Shown here: piece after piece, positions 8,799 through 15,521 of the stretch
Layout of the letters: every line of letters begins with the position of its first letter
Numbering within the stretch: the stretch's first letter is position 1
Assembly (NCBI GenBank): GCA_049969675.1
Contig: JBMFOP010000073.1
Location: 1-15,521 of the forward strand
Direction: 5' to 3'
DNA: 15,521 bases
Source of the DNA: Myxococcota bacterium
Lineage (GTDB): Bacteria > Myxococcota > SpSt-1050
Position numbers and translations under genes: made by a program
Notes under the pieces: generated by a model
What the model saw: only the letters and a program-made list of their open reading frames with translations
The model's database searches: none
What the model was told of the DNA's origin: nothing

Positions 8799-8939
8799 AT
8801 GAATAAACACCCCGTCATTTACCCCTCTACAAGATGGGAAAGCAGCATTTTTGGACAAAACTATGATTGGAATAAGCAAATTTTTAATTGGAATATGCAA
8901 ACATATCTCTGGTGGAACAAGGCACCCTGTAATTGTTGA
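8799..8939 (+). CDS. Putative 46-aa Trp/Asn-rich peptide MNKHPVIYPSTRWESSIFGQNYDWNKQIFNWNMQTYLWWNKAPCNC
   Basis: Consensus RBS AAAGGAGG lies 6 nt before the ATG. The frame is open to TGA 8937-8939. Below the ORF-track size cut-off. Confidence 0.4.
   Translation: MNKHPVIYPSTRWESSIFGQNYDWNKQIFNWNMQTYLWWNKAPCNC
8866..8901 (+). repeat. Direct repeat, 21-bp period
   Basis: ATTGGAATAAGCAAA (8866-8880) and ATTGGAATATGCAAA (8887-8901) match at 14/15. Confidence 0.75.
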
Positions 8940-9172
8940 AAAAATTATTAACCGGCAAACAAAATTCTAAAGACATTTTTTTGAACTTAACGATAGTGCC
9001 TGATTTATGCTTAATAACATTGAAGGTTATTTAAGTTGGAGGGCATTTTGATTGATATTGAGTGAAAGTTGTTAACCTGATTTTGACAATATGGATTTAC
9101 CCGTACAAAATTCTTATTTTACAAATATTTAACCTCTCAAAGAAGATTATTTTGGACAGCAGTGAGTGAAAA

Positions 9173-9823
9173 CTATATCCCCATTCCCATTCCAATCTTA
9201 AAAAGGATATACATCCCTGTATCAGAACCTTCGGCGATCCCAACTGATGGACCGGCCTCAAGCTGAATGGTGAGATTCATCTGGGTATCTATCTTTATCT
9301 CAGAACCCACGGTGAATGCTACCGGGATACCTACAAATAGACCGTCCTTGTAGAAGTACATATGGAATGGGGCATTGAAGCCAAAGTTTATTATGACCGG
9401 CTCCTTAAGAGGGATTGCAAAGACAATTCCGGGTGCGAGCATAAAACCGGCTCCCTTTGCATCTTTTGCTACAAGGAAGAATCCGGGCTCAAGTCTAAAT
9501 GCCAGATGGAGTTTTCCTCTATGACGGAGCTCTTTGATATATCTGGCACCTAAAAAGAACCAGACATCTGCCCGACACTGTACATCATTTACACACTCTC
9601 TCCTGTTGATATGTGAGAGTGAACCATACCCCAATCTCAGTTTGAGTCCGAGATTTGAATCGGATTCATACCCTGTGTCATACAGGAAGCTGACATCTGG
9701 ATAACCGAGGTCAAAGTGCAGTGCCTCACCCGACTTTCCAAGTGGTTCACCACTTATAACAGAGAATGCATAAGAAAAGGATGGAATAAGAATGACTATC
9801 AATATTAATAAAACCTGCTTCAT
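9173..9823 (-). CDS. Exported hypothetical protein, probable small outer-membrane beta-barrel
   Basis: Signal peptide (..SFSYA/F) and multiple alternating amphipathic, Gly/aromatic-rich strands. Starts 3 bp after the romR stop with a GAGG RBS. Confidence 0.75.
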   Translation of the reverse strand: MKQVLLILIVILIPSFSYAFSVISGEPLGKSGEALHFDLGYPDVSFLYDTGYESDSNLGLKLRLGYGSLSHINRRECVNDVQCRADVWFFLGARYIKELRHRGKLHLAFRLEPGFFLVAKDAKGAGFMLAPGIVFAIPLKEPVIINFGFNAPFHMYFYKDGLFVGIPVAFTVGSEIKIDTQMNLTIQLEAGPSVGIAEGSDTGMYILFKIGMGMGI

Positions 9824-9826
9824 ACC

Positions 9827-11209
9827 TCAATCCTCTTTCTCTGACATCAATCTCTTTATCTCTTCCTTAATAAGCCTTTCGGCAAGTTCTGGTACAATCT
9901 CCCAGACCACCCTCTCAACTACCTCTCTAACCTGTTTGACTGCCTCCTCAGACAGGGGCGAGCATAGGTCTATCTTCTGCTCCACAAGGGAGGTTGGCTC
10001 AACCTGGGCAGGAATCGGGATATCAGCGGAATTCACCTCAACAGCCTTTACTGGCTCACCCACAGGTTCTGTCCCGATACTCTCAGCAATGGTCTCAACC
10101 TGCATCTGGGCAGAGGACTCGGTCGGTGGAGTTACTTCAACAGAGGATAGCTCCTTAGCCATTTCTTTCTCATTCACAGAGGCCGCGACTGTCAGTCCGC
10201 TCGCCTCCATAATCTCCTTCTTCAGGTCTTTTCCCCACTCCTCCATATCAAAGACCCTGGGCTCCTCCGTCTTACTCTCTGAAACAACAGGTGCAGATTC
10301 AACTGCAGGTTCAACGCCTACAGATTTTTCAACCTGACTTATAATATCAATTACAGAGGGAGGTGTTACCTGCTCCTCTTTCCCGCTCAACTCAGGGATC
10401 TCAGAAGTAATCTCCTCTATATCAGCCGGAGATATCTCATCCACCACCTCCTGAGCAGGAGGAGGCTCTGTAACTTTTGGGGGAGGAATTAGATTGTCTA
10501 CAAAGTTGGTCACCTCCTTTGTTGTCTCTTCCAGGTGAGATTCCGCCTTTTGCGGCTTCTGAATAGAGGGGATGTGTGGCGGCATTGGGGGGAGTGCAGC
10601 CAACTGGCTCTGCGTGGATGGGACATTCTGAATTGACGGTGTCTGAGATGGTATTACCGGAGGGACTATAGGAGGAACTACCGGCTTTGGCGGAATAGGA
10701 ATCTGTGGATTCGTGGATGGTGTTGATACCTGATTTATCTGTTGTGGTGGAATCGGAATATTTGGAATTACAGGAGATGGCTGTACCACAGGGGGCGTCG
10801 GTTGTGTAATCTTTGGCTGAGTTACAACACTCTTAGAGAGTTCCGGATATAAAAACTTTCTAACCTTATTTATCAGTGCCCCGCTCTCAAATGGCTTGAT
10901 AATATAGTCATTTGCCATACTCTCTTTGAATCTCTTTTCATCATACCCCTCAATTGCTCCCACAAGCATTATAACAGGGGTATGCTTTATAGAAGGGTCC
11001 TGCCTGATCTGCCTGCAGGCATCATATCCAGAGACCTTTGGCATTACCACATCAAGCAATATTAAATCTGGTTTCAGGGCACGAGCCTTTATGACCGCAT
11101 CCTCTCCATTGGATACATTTACAAGCGCTATATCTTCATTGGCGAGAGATATACCAACTGCGTGCTGGATTGTAACACTGTCATCTGCTAAAAGGACTGT
11201 CTTAGGCAT
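9827..11209 (-). CDS. romR: RomR-like polarity response regulator (receiver, Pro-rich/acidic linker, RomR C-terminal helix)
   Basis: N-terminus MPKTVLLADDSVTIQ...LDVVMP..SGY..C...KPFES and C-terminus REVVERVVWEIVPELAERLIKEEIKRL match the architecture and motifs of Myxococcus xanthus RomR as I recall them. Confidence 0.85.
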   Translation of the reverse strand: MPKTVLLADDSVTIQHAVGISLANEDIALVNVSNGEDAVIKARALKPDLILLDVVMPKVSGYDACRQIRQDPSIKHTPVIMLVGAIEGYDEKRFKESMANDYIIKPFESGALINKVRKFLYPELSKSVVTQPKITQPTPPVVQPSPVIPNIPIPPQQINQVSTPSTNPQIPIPPKPVVPPIVPPVIPSQTPSIQNVPSTQSQLAALPPMPPHIPSIQKPQKAESHLEETTKEVTNFVDNLIPPPKVTEPPPAQEVVDEISPADIEEITSEIPELSGKEEQVTPPSVIDIISQVEKSVGVEPAVESAPVVSESKTEEPRVFDMEEWGKDLKKEIMEASGLTVAASVNEKEMAKELSSVEVTPPTESSAQMQVETIAESIGTEPVGEPVKAVEVNSADIPIPAQVEPTSLVEQKIDLCSPLSEEAVKQVREVVERVVWEIVPELAERLIKEEIKRLMSEKED

Positions 11210-11244
11210 AAAACTGCCCCCTGAAATAAGGTTTCAAAGCCTTT

Positions 11245-11273
11245 AATTAACACACCAGTAAACATAATGTCAA
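11245..11273 (-). promoter_or_regulatory. Possible sigma70-type promoter for romR
   Basis: TTGACA (11273-11268), a 17-nt spacer, then TTAATT. The -35 is perfect and the -10 is weak. Confidence 0.35.
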
Positions 11274-11290
11274 ATGTAAAAAATAATGCA

Positions 11291-12346
11291 TTATTCCTTC
11301 CGAATAAATTGACGAAGGACATTGGCAGCGAGTTCTGGTGGAGTTGGATTATAATAGAAGCTTGTACCAATCTCAAAACCAGCCACTCTCTGTAATCTCG
11401 GGATTATCTCAAAATGCCAGTGATAATCATCCTCAATAGTTATCCAATAACCGATCCTCGGCATCCTATTCGGACTCGTATGTAATGACATATTGTAAGG
11501 CGGGTTACTGAGTGCCGCATTCAGGGCATTCAGGACATTCTTAATTACCCGACCAAGGTCTATCGCCTCATCTTTAGAAATTCTTGTAAAATCACAGTCA
11601 TGCTTTAATGGTAAGATTGTGACCTCAAATGGGAATCTGGAGGCATAAGGACAGAATGCAATAAAGTTCTTGCTCATTAATACAACTCTCTCCTCCTGCT
11701 GTCTCTCACTTGATAGTATATCGCAGAAGAGGCACCTCTCCTTCTTATTGTAATGACTCTTGCAGTTCTCAAGTTCCTCCCTTATAATCTTCGGTGTAAT
11801 TGGCAGGCCTATAAGTTGCGAATGAGAATGGGAGACCGTGGCACCAGCCATAAATCCCCTATTCTTATAAACCAGTGCATATCTGATTCGCTTATCTTTA
11901 TAAAGGTCCATTATCCTGTCACGATAAGCCCATATCACCTTCTCTATCTGAGATTCTGATACTGCTGCAAGGTCGTGAGAATGGTCTGGTGTCTCAATTA
12001 TAACCTCGTGTGCGCCCGCCCCCATAACCATATCATACATTCCAACTCCAATATGTTCGTCCTCTCCTTCAATCTTTAAGATTGGGTTATTACTGGGAAC
12101 CACTCTGACCCACCAGCCCGGTGTATTCGGTTGTGTCCCTTCTTCCCTAAATGCTATTATCTCCTTTGGGGTCTTGTGCTCATTCCCCGGACAGAATGGA
12201 CAACCATTCCCGTTCTCCATATCAATCTTCACTCCGTCAAATGTATGAAGGGACGGTATTCGGGGATTTATCTTATCAATAATCACCCACCCACCAAGTA
12301 TCGGGTCTCTTCTTATCTCATTCAACAGAATCTTCTCATCGCTCAT
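11291..12346 (-). CDS. galT: GalT-family hexose-1-phosphate nucleotidyltransferase (galactose-1-phosphate uridylyltransferase-like)
   Basis: EIRRDP, CPFCPGNE, HEVIIETPDH, GA..SHSHSQ (HxHxQ), CLFC and HWHFEIIPR motifs. Start set at ATG 12346 (MSDEK) following AGGAG. Substrate not determinable from sequence. Confidence 0.9.
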   Translation of the reverse strand: MSDEKILLNEIRRDPILGGWVIIDKINPRIPSLHTFDGVKIDMENGNGCPFCPGNEHKTPKEIIAFREEGTQPNTPGWWVRVVPSNNPILKIEGEDEHIGVGMYDMVMGAGAHEVIIETPDHSHDLAAVSESQIEKVIWAYRDRIMDLYKDKRIRYALVYKNRGFMAGATVSHSHSQLIGLPITPKIIREELENCKSHYNKKERCLFCDILSSERQQEERVVLMSKNFIAFCPYASRFPFEVTILPLKHDCDFTRISKDEAIDLGRVIKNVLNALNAALSNPPYNMSLHTSPNRMPRIGYWITIEDDYHWHFEIIPRLQRVAGFEIGTSFYYNPTPPELAANVLRQFIRKE

Positions 12347-12414
12347 AAAAACTCCTTGCAGGTAATGATATAATTGGATAGGGCTTAAATTGTCAAACAA
12401 ATAATAACACAATT

Positions 12415-13056
12415 CTATACATCTATCAGCCCCTGTCTTATCCCCTCCGTTACTGCCTCCACACGGTTTGTCACATTCAGTTTCTCATAGATATGTTCAA
12501 GGTGTGTCCTGACCGTAGTGCTTGAGAGCCCCAGCACCTCAGCAACCTCCTTATTTGACAGCCCCTTTGCGATATAACTGAGTATCTCCTTCTCCCTTTT
12601 GGAGAGGGGCTTTACTTCAGACTTTAATCTCTCCTGCTCCATAAAGATATTCAGCAAAGTTCTGGCAAGATTCGGTTGAATCACCGAACCGCCCGAGTGA
12701 ATCTCGAGTAGGGCCTCCTTTATCTTCTTATATGGTGTCCCCTTCAGGAGATAACCAGATGCCCCCGCCCTCACCGCCTGCAGGACCAATTTCTCCTCTT
12801 CAAAGACTGTAAGAATGAGAAAGTCACACTTTATTTTCTTCTCCCTGACCTGTCTTATCACCTCGGTCCCCTGAATGTCCGGGAGGCTCAAATCAAGAAG
12901 TATAAGTTCAGGGCGTCTCTGCTCTATAAGTCTTATGGCGTCTGTTCCAGTAGTGGCGGTCCCAACGAGCTCAAACTTCTCATCTCTCTTAATCAACTTC
13001 TCAATCTGTTTTAAGAAGGTAATATTGTCTTCTACAATTGCGATCTTAATTCCCAT
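12415..13056 (-). CDS. NarL/FixJ (LuxR-HTH) family response regulator
   Basis: Receiver (VED, LLDLSLP, LT, YLLK) plus LSKREKEIL..GLSNKEVA..TVRTHLEHIYEKL HTH. Confidence 0.95.
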   Translation of the reverse strand: MGIKIAIVEDNITFLKQIEKLIKRDEKFELVGTATTGTDAIRLIEQRRPELILLDLSLPDIQGTEVIRQVREKKIKCDFLILTVFEEEKLVLQAVRAGASGYLLKGTPYKKIKEALLEIHSGGSVIQPNLARTLLNIFMEQERLKSEVKPLSKREKEILSYIAKGLSNKEVAEVLGLSSTTVRTHLEHIYEKLNVTNRVEAVTEGIRQGLIDV

Positions 13057-14215
13057 CTCTACTCCCTCTCTTCAAAATTACTTTTGTCCCCTTCCCCTCC
13101 TCCGATTCAATATATAGTTCTGCACCAATCAGCCTCGCCCTCTCTCTCATATTTGTAATCCCATAATGATTCTCCGGTAAATTTGATAGATTAAATCCCT
13201 TTCCATCATCCTGAATCATAATATCAAAATCGCCCTTTTTAATTGAGATACTAACCCTCACATTCTTTGCCCTGGAATGACGGACGATATTGGTGAGTGC
13301 CTCCTGCACAATTCTGAAGATAGCGAGCAACTCATCCGGTCTCAAATCAGTCTCATCAAGCAGGATCTCACTTGAGACATCAAAATCATTTCTACTTCTC
13401 AATCTATCAATCATATTTGAGAGCATATTCTTAAGGTCAAAATCCGACCTCAAAAGGGTCACCGCCCTCCTCAACTCCTCCATCCCCTCCTCTGCCATAT
13501 TCCTGAGCTCCTCGGTCTCCTTTTTGATTGAAACAGCATCGTCCTGTGAGAGTATAAAATCAATCTGCATCAAGATCGCAGAGAGTGTTGCACCTATCCC
13601 GTCGTGGATCTCTCTTGATAGTCTCAGACGTTCCTCTGAGAGTTCAAATTCCTTCATCATATCCTTAAGTCTGAATATCTCATCGTGTTGAATATTCTCC
13701 TGAGTATTGAAGTAGACAATAGAGTAGAGGAGCAGCAGATTTGTAAGTGCATACATAATCAATATCAATACATCCTGCACCACAAGCCCTCTTATAAAGA
13801 CGAGCTGGTCTATATGGGCTATTATGGGTAGCAGCATCAACGGAGGCACTATTGCAATAGGTCTGGTAAAGAGCAGGGCAAAAAACATAGTATATAGAAG
13901 TTGTAAGAAAAAGAAAGGGCTCCTCAATCCGCCAGTATAGATTATCAAATATACTAAAAAGGGGAGGTCCAGAAGGAGTGAAATATATGTAATTACAACT
14001 TCCTTTTTATTAAAGAAGATAGAATATGCAAAGAGAAGGGTATAGATAAGGACAAAGATAAAGAACGATACTCCCCATATACTATCCACGCCTAAAAAAT
14101 GTGCCCATTCACGGACAACAAACACAACCAGAAATAGAATGACAATAGATAATCTTGCCCAGAAGATAGCCTTTGCTCTCGTAATAAATTTGAAGGATAG
14201 CCAGTTCTGATCCAT
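13046..14215 (-). CDS. Membrane sensor histidine kinase, HisKA_3 (NarX/DesK-type)
   Basis: About 5 TM helices, ERLRLSREIHDGIG H-box, QEALTNIVRHS N-box, DDGKGF, YGITNMRERA and GKGT. Overlaps the cognate regulator by 11 nt. Confidence 0.95.
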   Translation of the reverse strand: MDQNWLSFKFITRAKAIFWARLSIVILFLVVFVVREWAHFLGVDSIWGVSFFIFVLIYTLLFAYSIFFNKKEVVITYISLLLDLPFLVYLIIYTGGLRSPFFFLQLLYTMFFALLFTRPIAIVPPLMLLPIIAHIDQLVFIRGLVVQDVLILIMYALTNLLLLYSIVYFNTQENIQHDEIFRLKDMMKEFELSEERLRLSREIHDGIGATLSAILMQIDFILSQDDAVSIKKETEELRNMAEEGMEELRRAVTLLRSDFDLKNMLSNMIDRLRSRNDFDVSSEILLDETDLRPDELLAIFRIVQEALTNIVRHSRAKNVRVSISIKKGDFDIMIQDDGKGFNLSNLPENHYGITNMRERARLIGAELYIESEEGKGTKVILKRGSRDGN

Positions 14216-14357
14216 ACTTTTAAGTATATCATATACCCGTCTTTCTGCAAAAAATTAAAATAAGGTTTTATACCTAAGAGATATCTGGATAGAAATTACA
14301 ATAAACTTGACTATAACAATGGATAATGATAATAAATTTAGCAAGCAAAGGTTAGAA

Positions 14358-14741
14358 ATGCAGGATAAGGACTTAAAAGTCTTGGTAGTAGACGATGAAG
14401 AGGACTCATTAGAGCTTGTAAAAAGCACAATCAAGAGTCTTGGCTATAATGTGGTAGCGGTCTCTTCAGGGAGAGAGGCATTACAGGTATTAAAGGAGAG
14501 TAAGGATATAAGAGTTGTGCTCGCTGATCTGGTAATGACAGGGATGAACGGGATTGAACTGGTGAAGGAGGCAAGAAAGATCGGGATTAATCAGCAGTTT
14601 ATTATCATTACCGCATATGGTGAGATGGAATCATATATAGAGGCGATGAATCTGGGGGTTGTAGATTACCTGAACAAACCAATCAATAGAGACCAGCTCA
14701 TCCATCTCATATCAAAGGCGTTAGAGTATGAAAGAGAATAA
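14358..14741 (+). CDS. Single-domain response regulator receiver
   Basis: VVDDE, LADLVM, ITAYG and NKP are all present, with no output domain. Start uncertain (ATG 14358, ATG 14319 or TTG 14307). Confidence 0.9.
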   Translation: MQDKDLKVLVVDDEEDSLELVKSTIKSLGYNVVAVSSGREALQVLKESKDIRVVLADLVMTGMNGIELVKEARKIGINQQFIIITAYGEMESYIEAMNLGVVDYLNKPINRDQLIHLISKALEYERE

Positions 14742-15402
14742 AAATATAAACATAGTTGATTCAATTCTCCACGATATCAAATCACCCCTGTCCAACATAA
14801 CAGGTTATACAAAACTATTATTATCAAATGTGGCAGGAGATATCACCCCCGAACAGAGAGATTATCTCTCAAGGATAAGACGAAATTCATATAGAATCAA
14901 CCTTTATATTGAGGATGTAGCCGATGTAGCAAGGATATTGCACTTTCAGCAGGAGATTCCACTGGAAGAAGTGGATGTCTCAAAATTATTAAACGAGTCT
15001 GTTGAAAGAAATGAGACTCTACTAAATGACTTCAAGTCATCATTTCTGCTTATCAACTTTCAAAAAGATGTTTTTATAAAATCTAATCTGGAGAGGATTA
15101 AAAGGACAATAGATGTGCTCATCTCCAACCTCACAAAAGATATTAATAAGAGGAAGGTCCTCCTTGCATCACGAATAAAAGATTCCACTGTACAGATAAT
15201 CATCTCACATTTAGCCGAAGGAACATCCAATCTGGATTCACTCTTTGAACGATTTGAAAAGGCTACGGATTCACATCTTATGCAGCACGCCGCTACCTCA
15301 ACAGTAATAGTTAGTGCAATTGGCGGAAAAATTGAGATGCAGACCAGCAACATATCCGAGAGGATGTTTATACTCTCATTCCCTGTTCTCAGAAAAGGAT
15401 AA
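14728..15402 (+). CDS. Sensor-less HisKA protein with degenerate HATPase domain (pseudokinase / phosphotransferase candidate)
   Basis: H-box HDIKSPLSNI is intact and N-box-like VLISNLTK and F-box LFERFEK are recognisable, but DxGxG and GxGLGL are absent. Overlaps the receiver gene by 14 nt. Confidence 0.8.
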   Translation: MKENKNINIVDSILHDIKSPLSNITGYTKLLLSNVAGDITPEQRDYLSRIRRNSYRINLYIEDVADVARILHFQQEIPLEEVDVSKLLNESVERNETLLNDFKSSFLLINFQKDVFIKSNLERIKRTIDVLISNLTKDINKRKVLLASRIKDSTVQIIISHLAEGTSNLDSLFERFEKATDSHLMQHAATSTVIVSAIGGKIEMQTSNISERMFILSFPVLRKG

Positions 15403-15404
15403 AA

Positions 15405-15521
15405 CTATTCAAGTTTTAATAATATAATTCCTCTTAAGTAATTTGATAAATATGCAATGTTGCCAGTAATAGCAGGTACAACAAAAGTGGTATTGTAATT
15501 ATACATTGAATAGAGACTCCC
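15405..15521 (-). CDS. 3' end of a gene entering from the right edge (possible LVIVD-like beta-propeller repeat)
   Basis: Open frame ...GSLYSMYNYNTTFVVPAITGNIAYLSNYLRGIILLKLE* converges on the HisKA gene. GNIAYLSN..GIILL resembles an LVIVD repeat. Confidence 0.45.
   Translation of the reverse strand, partial: GSLYSMYNYNTTFVVPAITGNIAYLSNYLRGIILLKLE

Larger units (their letters stand above)
8710..9165 (+). mobile_element. MITE-like / IS-remnant element, copy B (inverted relative to copy A)
   Basis: Ends TCACATCTGTCTAAAATGA (from 8710) and ATTATTTTGGACAGCAGTGA (to 9165) are imperfect inverted repeats. 9003-9165 aligns to 5085-5248 and 8713-8879 aligns to 5544-5673 as reverse complements. Confidence 0.65.

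Noticed and set aside
9007..9050. Mini-ORF MLNNIEGYLSWRAF (copy A: MLTNIERSLSWTAF) resembling DDE transposase N-x-IE motifs
   Set aside because: Only 14 codons. Similarity between the copies follows from DNA homology, and the motif is too short to assign a family.
12347..12412. 22-aa N-terminal extension of GalT in the ORF track
   Set aside because: AGGAG precedes ATG 12346, and the extension contains a TTGACA and looks like intergenic/promoter DNA.
276..15353. Remaining short ORFs in the track (e.g. 1995-2393, 2163-2528, 9792-10337, 13290-13691, 15060-15353)
   Set aside because: Shadow or alternative-frame ORFs lying wholly or largely within well-supported genes.

Overview
AT-rich bacterial chromosomal segment. 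It is most likely from a low-GC Myxococcota/deltaproteobacterial lineage, inferred from a clear RomR orthologue, a Cys-repeat lipoprotein and a myxobacterial-style glutaredoxin lipoprotein. On the + strand: a 97-Cys repeat lipoprotein, a Zn-ribbon membrane protein and an S9 peptidase. On the - strand: a NarX/NarL-type two-component pair, a GalT-family nucleotidyltransferase, romR, a predicted outer-membrane protein, and a glutaredoxin-lipoprotein / transglutaminase-like / ABC-ATPase operon. At the right end, on +: a single-domain receiver and a kinase-like protein with a degenerate ATP-binding domain. The main unannotated signal is that the two large 'empty' intergenic regions hold diverged copies of one element (5085-5673 and 8710-9165) in inverted orientation. 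Each copy has imperfect terminal inverted repeats and a homologous small ORF (SIxGQxYxWNKQ), and together they bracket the three-gene operon. All alignments and counts were done by eye.
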